Below, in pieces: positions 1-6,480 of a stretch of DNA of 34,441 nucleotides. Numbering within the stretch: the first letter of the stretch is position 1; each line of letters starts with the position of its first letter. Made by a program: the position numbers and the translations under genes. The stretch spans positions 1 to 34,441 of the forward strand of contig JANQKO010000373.1 in assembly GCA_028281075.1 (NCBI GenBank), in the 5' to 3' direction. The notes beneath the pieces were generated by a model. That model was not told the origin of the DNA and made no database searches. It saw only the letters and a list, made by a program, of their open reading frames with translations. This stretch comes from Alphaproteobacteria bacterium. GTDB taxonomy: Bacteria > Pseudomonadota > Alphaproteobacteria > GCA-2731375.

Positions 1-97
1 CTCAATCTCGGCTACCGCGACGTTGCGGCGCTGGCCGAAGTGGTGATCGACGCGGCGCGGCTCGGCCTCGATATCGGCGGGATGGACGTGTTGCGGC
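1..97 (+). pseudogene. Internal fragment of a UbiH/Coq6-family FAD-dependent hydroxylase, broken at about nt 95
   Basis: Frame +1 reads LNLGYRDVAALAEVVIDAARLGLDIGGMDVLR, like the second FAD-binding region of alphaproteobacterial UbiH-family proteins (GxNLGxRDVAALAE...RLGLDIG...VL). After this the DNA is the reverse complement of the crotonase gene. Confidence 0.7.
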
Positions 98-799
98 ATC
101 GAACTCGGCGATGGCGGCGGCCGGCCCCTCGTCCAGCGCCCGCCGCGCGTTCAGCAGCGTGGCGCGCACGGCAAGCGGCGCCTGCTCGACGATCCGGCCC
201 GCGATCTCGGCGGCGCGGGCGAGCTCCTGTCCGGCCGGCACGACCGCCTGCACGAAGTTGAGGCGCAGCGCCGTCTCGGCGTCGAACTCGTCGCCCGTCA
301 GCAGGTACAGCATGGCGTTGCCCCAGCCCGCCCGCTCGACCATGCGGAGCGTGGCGCCGCCGGCGGCCATGATGCCGCGCTTGACCTCAAGCTGGGAGAA
401 GCGGCAATCGTCGGCCGCCACCACGATATCGGCGGCCAGCATCAGCTCGATGCCGATGGTGAACGTGATGCCCTTGACGGCCGCGACCATGGGCTTCGTC
501 CGCCGTGGCGGGTAGCGGTCGAGCGGATCGACCTGGTCGGCAGACCATTCCCGCTCGCCGGCTTCGAGCAGGGGCGCCATCCTGGCGAGATCGAGGCCGG
601 CGGTGAAATGGTCGCCATGCGCGAACAGCAGCCCGCACCAGTAATCATCGTTGTGCTCGAGCTCGGTATAGGCGGCGGCGAGCTCGGCCTGCATCTTCGG
701 CGTGAAGCCGTTCAGCTTGGCCGGCCGGTCGATGCCGATGCGCAGGATGCGGCCATCGGCCTCCGATGTGATGCGGCCGTCGGTCACGGCGTCGTTCAT
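2..799 (-). CDS. Crotonase/enoyl-CoA hydratase family protein; native C-terminus apparently replaced after ...AAIAEFDA
   Basis: Motifs IDRPAKLNG, FTAGLDL, IELMLAADIVVAA, FSQLEVKRGI and LLTGDEFDAETAL. ATG at 799 follows a GGAGGAG RBS, so the extension to 1072 in the ORF track is spurious. The usual EDxxEGxxxFxExRxxxF tail is missing. Confidence 0.88.
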   Translation of the reverse strand: MNDAVTDGRITSEADGRILRIGIDRPAKLNGFTPKMQAELAAAYTELEHNDDYWCGLLFAHGDHFTAGLDLARMAPLLEAGEREWSADQVDPLDRYPPRRTKPMVAAVKGITFTIGIELMLAADIVVAADDCRFSQLEVKRGIMAAGGATLRMVERAGWGNAMLYLLTGDEFDAETALRLNFVQAVVPAGQELARAAEIAGRIVEQAPLAVRATLLNARRALDEGPAAAIAEFDAATRPSRRYRGRAAPRRSPLRPAPQRRGSRD

Positions 800-830
800 G
801 CGTCTCCTCCCACTCTTCCGTAACGGATCG

Positions 831-1457
831 TCAATGGCGCCGGAACAGCACCGAAAGATTGTTGGCCGGCATCTCGACGGTCCGCGCGAGGTCCAGGCCG
901 TTGGCCGCGGCGCAGGCGGCGACGTCGGCGAGATCACGAATGCCCCAGGCCGGGTTCCGCCGCCGCAGCGAGGCGTCGAAAGCAAGGTTGCTCTCGGCCG
1001 TCGGCACATCGTCGCGGATATAGGGCCCGTACATATAGAGCAGACCGCCCGGCGGCAGCAGCCGGCCGGCACCGGCCATGAGTCCCTCGCAGACCGACCA
1101 GGGCGCGATGTGGATCATGTTCGCGTTCATCACCGCGACAAGATCGGCGGCGATGTCGGCAATGCCCCAGTCGTCGCCGGTCACGTCGATGCGGCGCGGC
1201 GGCACCAGGTTCGGCAGCCCGGCCTCGGCCGCCCAGGCCGCGATGCTGGCGAGATTCCCGTCCTCGCGGTCGCTGGGCGCCCAGCGCAGCGCCGGAAACT
1301 GCGCGGCCAGATAGACGGCATGCTCGCCGCTGCCGCTGGCGGTTTCCAGCACCGTGCCGGCCGCCGGCAGCGCGTCGCGCAGCACGTCACGGATGAACTG
1401 GCGGTTGCGGGCCGTCGCCGGCGCGTGCCGGCGGGCGTCGAGATCGGGCGCGGACAT
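831..1457 (-). CDS. DUF938 family SAM-dependent methyltransferase
   Basis: HAPATARNR, VLETASGSGEH (motif I variant), NMIHIAPW, YGPY, SNLAFDASLR, WGIRD and MPANN are typical DUF938 motifs. Confidence 0.9.
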   Translation of the reverse strand: MSAPDLDARRHAPATARNRQFIRDVLRDALPAAGTVLETASGSGEHAVYLAAQFPALRWAPSDREDGNLASIAAWAAEAGLPNLVPPRRIDVTGDDWGIADIAADLVAVMNANMIHIAPWSVCEGLMAGAGRLLPPGGLLYMYGPYIRDDVPTAESNLAFDASLRRRNPAWGIRDLADVAACAAANGLDLARTVEMPANNLSVLFRRH

Positions 1458-1465
1458 GGGTCCGA

Positions 1466-1494
1466 ATTAAGGGGGAAGCGGCCGGCAAACTCAA
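1466..1494 (-). promoter_or_regulatory. Candidate sigma70/sigma32-type promoter for a near-leaderless DUF938 transcript
   Basis: Minus strand reads TTGAGT-N17-CTTAAT, then 8 nt to the ATG at 1457, with no Shine-Dalgarno sequence. Confidence 0.3.
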
Positions 1495-1521
1495 GGCCGG
1501 GAACGCGGAATCACGTCGGCG

Positions 1522-2796
1522 TCAGGATTCGTCCGGCACCGCCAGCCGACGTTCGATGAAGCGGCGCACGGGTGCCGGTGGGACAAGGTCGAGGGCCGCG
1601 CGCCACGCCACCCGCGCCGGTCCGGGACGGCCGAGGCGGCGCAGGAATTCGGCCCGCGTGGCCGGCAGCAGGTAATAGCGGACGAGCGCCGGATGGCCGT
1701 CAAGGCCGGCGATGGCGTCGAGGCCGGCGGCGGGGCCGTCAAGCATGGCGACGGCGACCGCGCGATTCAGGGCCAGCACCGGGGACGGGCTGCGTGTGAC
1801 GAGCTGGTCGTAGTAGCCGAGGATGGCGGCCCAGTCGGTCGCGGCGAAATCGTTGGCGGCGGCGTGGCAGGCGGCGATGCCGGCCTGCAGGTGAAAATCG
1901 CTGACATCCTCGCCCCGGCCGGCCTGTTGAAGGTGACGGAAGCCGGCGGCGATGGCCTGGCGGTCCCAACGGCCGCGGTCCTGTTCCTCGAGCAGCAGCA
2001 ATTCGCCCTCGTCGTCGAGCCGGGTCGGCAGGCGCGCGACCTGGAACTGGAGCAGGGCCGTCAGCGCGTGCGCCGTCGGGCCGCCGGTCACGGGATGGGC
2101 CGCCACCAGACCGGCCAGCCGGATCGCCGCACGGCAGATATCGGCCTGGATCAGGGCATCACCGCCGCTCGCCGCATAGCCCTTGTTGAACAGAAGGTAG
2201 ATCACGTCCAGCACCGAGCGCAGGCGCGCCGGCAGCTCGACCGGCGCCGGCACGGCGTAACCAATCTGCCGGTCGCGCAGGCGGCGCTTGGCGCGGACCA
2301 GGCGCTGGGCGATGGCCGCCTCCTCGACCAGGAAGGCCTGGGCGATCTCGCGCACGCCGAAGCCGCAGACGGTCTTCAGCGTCAGCGCCACGCGCGCGTC
2401 GGCCTGCACGGCCGGGTGGCAGCAGGTGAAGATCAGGCGCAGCTCGTCGTCGGCGATCTCCGTGGCGAAGACGGCCTCGGGCGCCTTCTCCAGCCGGGCC
2501 TCCAGCAGGTCCATCACCTCGACCGGCGCGTCCGGAAAACGCGCCCGCCGCCGCAGCACATCCAGCGCCCGGTTGCGGGCCACGCGATAGAGCCAGGCGG
2601 CGGGGTCGTCCGGCACGCCCCGGAACGGCCAGTGGCGGAGCGCACGCGTCAGCGCTTCCTGGACCACGTCCTCGACCAGGTCCAGGTTCTCCGGCCCGAG
2701 CGCGCGGGTCAGCACGGCGACCATCCGTCCCGCCTGCCGGCGGAACAGATGGTCGACCAGCAGATCGACGTCGGACGAGCGCCCGGGCGTCGCCAT
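1522..2796 (-). CDS. ECF sigma-70 factor, ECF42-type, with C-terminal TPR-like extension
   Basis: Region 2 (EDVVQEAL...WP..GVPDDPAAWLYRVARNRALD), LRLIFTCCHP, region 4 (ALTLKTVCGF...EIAQAF...QRLVRAK), YLLFNxGY, LLEEQDRGRWD and LQAGIAACH. Lies directly downstream of a YCII/DGPF gene. Confidence 0.92.
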   Translation of the reverse strand: MATPGRSSDVDLLVDHLFRRQAGRMVAVLTRALGPENLDLVEDVVQEALTRALRHWPFRGVPDDPAAWLYRVARNRALDVLRRRARFPDAPVEVMDLLEARLEKAPEAVFATEIADDELRLIFTCCHPAVQADARVALTLKTVCGFGVREIAQAFLVEEAAIAQRLVRAKRRLRDRQIGYAVPAPVELPARLRSVLDVIYLLFNKGYAASGGDALIQADICRAAIRLAGLVAAHPVTGGPTAHALTALLQFQVARLPTRLDDEGELLLLEEQDRGRWDRQAIAAGFRHLQQAGRGEDVSDFHLQAGIAACHAAANDFAATDWAAILGYYDQLVTRSPSPVLALNRAVAVAMLDGPAAGLDAIAGLDGHPALVRYYLLPATRAEFLRRLGRPGPARVAWRAALDLVPPAPVRRFIERRLAVPDES

Positions 2797-2805
2797 GCGC
2801 CGCCG

Positions 2806-3156
2806 TCAGACCTCGTCGACCTGCCGGACCTCGATGCTGCCGCCGAAGGCAAGATGCGGGCAGGTTCCGGCGATCTCGACCGCCTCGTCGTAGTCGCCGG
2901 CCTCGATCTGGAAATAGCCGCCGATCACCTCCTTGGTCTCGGCGTAGGGGCCGTCGGTCACCGAAACACCGCCGCCGCCCGGCCGCAGCACCTTGCCGTG
3001 ATCGTCGGTCAGCTTGTCGCCGCCGACCAGCTTGCCGGCCTCGCCCATGCGCTGGCTCCAGTCGCGGTACTTCTGGATGATGCCCTGGATTTCCTCCGGC
3101 GACAGGTCACCGGCGTCGGTTGCCCGTTCGTGCAACAACAGCATGTATCTCGGCAT
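2806..3156 (-). CDS. YCII-related (DGPF-type) protein, partner of ECF42
   Basis: MPRYMLLL...VTDGPYAETKEVIGGYF...EAVEIA..CP...IEVR, with a GGAGGAG RBS. Confidence 0.92.
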   Translation of the reverse strand: MPRYMLLLHERATDAGDLSPEEIQGIIQKYRDWSQRMGEAGKLVGGDKLTDDHGKVLRPGGGGVSVTDGPYAETKEVIGGYFQIEAGDYDEAVEIAGTCPHLAFGGSIEVRQVDEV

Positions 3157-3201
3157 CGCCTTGCTCCTCCGTTGCCATGTTCATTGCCCTTCCGGACCTG
3201 A

Positions 3202-3228
3202 GACGAACGGCCGGCGACGGAATCGACA
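3202..3228 (-). promoter_or_regulatory. ECF42-type autoregulatory promoter (TGTCGA-N17-CGTC)
   Basis: Minus strand reads TGTCGA ttccgtcgccggccgtt CGTC, 45 nt upstream of the YCII start. It matches the ECF42 consensus as I recall it (-35 TGTCGA, -10 CG(A/T)C). Confidence 0.7.
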
Positions 3229-3246
3229 GGCGGCGGCGTTCCGGGA

Positions 3247-3903
3247 TCAGCCGACGTGTCCCGGCCGGCCGATCATCGACAGGAATTCGCGGCGGGTCGT
3301 CGGGTTGTCGCGGAACTCGCCCAGCATGCGGCTGGTCACCATGTCGACGCCCGGCTTGTGCACGCCGCGCGTGGTCATGCATTGATGCGCCGCCTCGACG
3401 ACGACGCCGACGCCGTGCGGCTGCATGACCTCGTTGATGGTGTTGGCGATCTGCGCCGTCATCTTCTCCTGGATCTGCAGCCGCCGGGCATAGACCTCGA
3501 CGACCCGGGCCAGCTTGGAGATGCCGACGACCCGGCGCTTGGGCAGATAGCCGACATGCACGACGCCGATGATCGGCACCACGTGATGCTCGCAATGGCT
3601 CTCGAAACGGATGTCGCGCAGCACGACCATTTCGTCGTAGCCATCGGTTTCCTCGAAGGTGCGCTGCAGCAACTCGACCGGATCGGAGGTATAGCCGGCG
3701 AAGAACTCCTCGTAGGCGCGCACGACCCGGTCGGGCGTGCCGAGCAGGCCCTCGCGGTCCGGATCGTCGCCGGCCCAGCGGATCAGCGTTCGGACCGCCT
3801 CCTCCGCCTCTTTCCGGCTGGGCCGGCGCGCGACGGCCTCGGTACGTTCTCTTGCCAGGTTCTCGGTCAAATCACTAACCCCGGCGCCCATGATGTCGTT
3901 CAT
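3247..3903 (-). CDS. folE: GTP cyclohydrolase I
   Basis: [47 protein letters not shown] and HQCMTTRGV, including the Zn ligands. Confidence 0.97.
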   Translation of the reverse strand: MNDIMGAGVSDLTENLARERTEAVARRPSRKEAEEAVRTLIRWAGDDPDREGLLGTPDRVVRAYEEFFAGYTSDPVELLQRTFEETDGYDEMVVLRDIRFESHCEHHVVPIIGVVHVGYLPKRRVVGISKLARVVEVYARRLQIQEKMTAQIANTINEVMQPHGVGVVVEAAHQCMTTRGVHKPGVDMVTSRMLGEFRDNPTTRREFLSMIGRPGHVG

Positions 3904-4112
3904 ATCCTTACCCCCGACAGCTTACGGTGTCCCGCGCCCCACGACCACTCGTCAAGGTGCCGATCATCGGTCCCCGTCATGGCGCAAGACTTCAGGACAT
4001 AGCCCGGCAGGTACCGAATTCCAGCCCGACGGCACCCGCCCGGATGCGATTGATAACACATCTCTCGGCAGCGTGAATGGCCAGCCGGCGGGGGCGGCGG
4101 TAACATCGCCGC

Positions 4113-4571
4113 ATGCTTCGAAAACTGGTTCTCGCGATCTGCCTGTCGCTGCCGGCCAGCGCCATGGCGGCGGAATTGAGCGGCCCGTTCGAGGTCATCG
4201 ACGCCGGCACGATCGCCATCGCCGGCCAGCAGGTGCGCCTGCGCGGCATCCGGCCGCCGGCACCCGACGCGGAATGCGCGTTCCGGGAAAAGACCATCCC
4301 CTGCGGACGGGTCGCGCGCGCGGCGCTGCTGGATCTGACGGCCGGGGCGCGGGTCCGCTGCACGACGACGGGCCGGGACGGCCGGGGCCGGACGACGGCG
4401 ATCTGCCGGGCGAACGGCTACGACCTGTCCGAGGGCATGGTCTATACCGGCTGGGCGCGCGCCGCCGACGCGCGCTACCGGCGGTTCGAGGCGGATTCAC
4501 GCCAGCGCCGGCGCGGCCTGTGGCAGGGCGCGTTCGCCCTGGACGACGACACCGGCCAGGCCCGGAACTGA
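4113..4571 (+). CDS. Secreted thermonuclease (SNase-like) family protein with degenerate active site
   Basis: Signal peptide (ASAMA|A), VIDAGTI...VRLRGI, CGRVARAAL, VRC...DGRGRTTAIC, DLSEGMVYTGWA and RRRGLWQG. Confidence 0.85.
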   Translation: MLRKLVLAICLSLPASAMAAELSGPFEVIDAGTIAIAGQQVRLRGIRPPAPDAECAFREKTIPCGRVARAALLDLTAGARVRCTTTGRDGRGRTTAICRANGYDLSEGMVYTGWARAADARYRRFEADSRQRRRGLWQGAFALDDDTGQARN

Positions 4572-4617
4572 CAGCGCCCCCCATATTTGCTACACCCGCC
4601 GTCGAGGATGCGGTGTT

Positions 4618-4682
4618 AGAGCCTGTTTGAACATGGGCCTGTCGGCCCATGTTCGGGGTCTTGCCGGTCGCAAACGGACACT
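4618..4682. repeat. Short palindromic MITE/REP-like element
   Basis: Perfect 11-bp hairpin GAACATGGGCC-tgtc-GGCCCATGTTC (4629-4654) inside imperfect outer inverted repeats AGAGCCTGTTTG / CAAACGGACACT (9/12). Confidence 0.45.
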
Positions 4683-4694
4683 CAGAGCACTGAT

Positions 4695-5219
4695 ATGCGG
4701 GCCGTTCTTCCAGCCTTGATACTGCTCACGGTCGTGGCGACGGAGGCCTTGGCCGCCTATGTCTTCTATTTCCGCAGCTATGGCGACTGGTCGATCGTCT
4801 GCTGGCGCGAGCTGGTCGACGACGGCAGCAAGCGCTGCCGCTTCAGCGCGCCCAGCGCCTCGCTGGACCATACGACACGCCAGAACGTCATCCTGGTGCA
4901 CGAATACGCCCCGGAACGGTTCCAGATCGCCATCGAAGTGCGCGACGACGTGCTGTCGGACCTGCCGGCATTCCTGCGTGTCGACGGCCAGGTGGTGTAC
5001 GAAACACCGGTCGATGGCGGGCTGGCGCGCTGGACCGGCGCCGACGCGATGGCCATCCTGAACCAGATGATGGCCGGCGAGCGCCTGGTCTACCGCGTCC
5101 AGACGGCGCCGGACGGGCTGCCGCACGATACCCGGATCGGCCTGGACGGGTTCGGCGACGGGCTGAACGATTACCGCCAACTGCTGCGCGCGCACGAGAT
5201 GTTCGACCCGGCGAACTGA
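4695..5219 (+). CDS. Invasion-associated locus B (IalB)-like secreted protein
   Basis: Signal peptide (TEALA|A), YGDWSIVC...C, LRVDGQ, AILNQMMAG.RL.YR and C-terminal IGLDGFGDGL fit the IalB-family pattern. Confidence 0.65.
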   Translation: MRAVLPALILLTVVATEALAAYVFYFRSYGDWSIVCWRELVDDGSKRCRFSAPSASLDHTTRQNVILVHEYAPERFQIAIEVRDDVLSDLPAFLRVDGQVVYETPVDGGLARWTGADAMAILNQMMAGERLVYRVQTAPDGLPHDTRIGLDGFGDGLNDYRQLLRAHEMFDPAN

Positions 5220-5227
5220 CACGGGCG

Positions 5228-5288
5228 TCCGTTCAGGCGGAACCGGGCCGGGCCGGTCCAGATTCCGCGTGAGCGGAAAACGCTCTAG
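5228..5288. repeat. Degenerate alphaproteobacterial RIME/REP-like palindrome ending in AAAACGCTCTAG
   Basis: Inverted arms TCCGTTCAGGCGGAACC (5228-5244) and GATTCCGCGTGAGCGGA (5261-5277) are 14/17 complementary. It lies between convergent genes. Confidence 0.45.
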
Positions 5289-5443
5289 ATCAGCGCGGCA
5301 ACCACACCGGCGATGCCGGCCCAACCGAGGACCGACAACATGCCGATCAGGCCGATCGAGCGGCGTTTGCTCATTCTCGACCGCGGCCGCGGATCGGGCG
5401 TCCGCCGACCTTCGAAACGCGTTACAGCACCGGATCCGTTCAT
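5285..5443 (-). CDS. Small 52-aa single-pass membrane protein (not in ORF track)
   Basis: Translated by hand: MNGSGAVTRFEGRRTPDPRPRSRMSKRRSIGLIGMLSVLGWAGIAGVVAALI*. It has a GGGGGAG RBS and a basic patch followed by a 23-residue uncharged, hydrophobic C-terminus. Confidence 0.6.
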   Translation of the reverse strand: MNGSGAVTRFEGRRTPDPRPRSRMSKRRSIGLIGMLSVLGWAGIAGVVAALI

Positions 5444-5951
5444 TGCTCCCCCCAAGAAAGTAAAACGGATGAAAATCTGCGGCCGACACCTCGGCTACGA
5501 AAACATGCGTCGCGGACACCTCCGGTGGCCTCTTCAGGCTCTTGGCTAAGGATGATGGGATGTTCGTGTCACTGTGGCGAAGAAGGCGGAGAGATGATTT
5601 CCCTACTCAAGCAGTTCCACCGAGCCGTTATTCGTATTCGAGCCGTCGATTACTCGGCTTGTGGCGCGGTTACGTCCCTTTGACGTCGATCATGATCAAG
5701 TAACGCCGGGATGTAAATACTGGTGATATCGCCAGCCTGCCGCCGGGCCGGTGCTTGTGTTAGAATTCACGCGCGGGACGAGGGCGTCGCATGCCGAACC
5801 GCACATCGTCGGACCGTGAGGCGCCGGCCGCGGATGTTCAAGAATGTCCGGGAAACCCGGCATATCGGGTTGACGGACGAGTCTGGGATACGACAGTCGT
5901 GCACCGTCGCCGACGAGCGGCGCGACGGCGCACCAGGATCAGGTGGTCGTA

Positions 5952-6293
5952 ATGGGTAAAGAGCCGACCGGCGCCAACAATCCAGCCGCCGCCAGCGACA
6001 TACCACCCGAACTCCTGGCCGAGGAATGGGCGAATCGGTGTCTTGGCCCGCTGCAGATACTGTCCTGGCCCGACCGCCTGGTGGCGCTGAAGGAAATGCA
6101 TGACCAGCTCCGCGACGACTTCCGCGATTTCACCGTGTTCTGCGAGGTGTTCCCCCAGTTCGTGCGCATCCTGGTCGAGCGGCTGGGCAACGAGCCGATC
6201 CATTGCCTGGAGCAGGCCCACATCTACGCGAACTCGGCCGATCCCGATCACCGCACCATGGCCGGCGCCTGGCTGAAGCGCGGCCAAGCCTGA
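5952..6293 (+). CDS. Hypothetical protein (113 aa)
   Basis: AGGTGG RBS-like sequence before ATG 5952, GC-rich third positions and normal globular composition. Family not recognised. Confidence 0.75.
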   Translation: MGKEPTGANNPAAASDIPPELLAEEWANRCLGPLQILSWPDRLVALKEMHDQLRDDFRDFTVFCEVFPQFVRILVERLGNEPIHCLEQAHIYANSADPDHRTMAGAWLKRGQA

Positions 6294-6351
6294 CAGGCCG
6301 GCCCGAAACCACTTACCGCCGCGTCGCGGATACGGCAAGGCAGCGAATGTC

Positions 6352-6438
6352 ACCGCCAAGACGCCAAGGCACCAAGATCATGGCCACCGGCATGGTGGCC
6401 GGACTGCCTGATCCTTGGTGCCTTGGCGCCTTGGCGGT
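6352..6438. repeat. Long nested palindrome (25-bp inverted repeats built from tandem CCAAG units); REP/MITE-like, possible bidirectional terminator
   Basis: Left arm ACCGCCAAG-ACGCCAAG-GCACCAAG (6352-6376) and right arm CTTGGTGC-CTTGGCGC-CTTGGCGGT (6414-6438) are 24/25 complementary. Inner hairpin GGCCACC-ggcat-GGTGGCC at 6382-6400. Confidence 0.85.
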
Positions 6439-6480
6439 AAACCCTGGCTGAGAGAACGACTTGGGGACGGCCGCCCCGGG

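Noticed and set aside
800-1072. N-terminal extension of the crotonase ORF to 1072
   Set aside because: Overlaps the DUF938 gene. ATG 799 has a strong RBS and matches where the family sequence begins.
4050-4065. TTGAT half-site between folE and the nuclease-like gene as an FNR box
   Set aside because: No ATCAA half-site at the required N4 spacing.
4590-5519. 309-aa minus-strand ORF
   Set aside because: Antisense to the IalB-like gene, crosses repeat elements and has no recognisable motifs or RBS.
5712-5760. TGTAAA followed by GGGCCGGTGCTTGT as a possible PrsR enhancer and sigma54 promoter
   Set aside because: The -12 element is GT rather than GC, I see no partner TTTACA half-site, the spacing is too short for an enhancer, and the downstream gene has no sorting signal.
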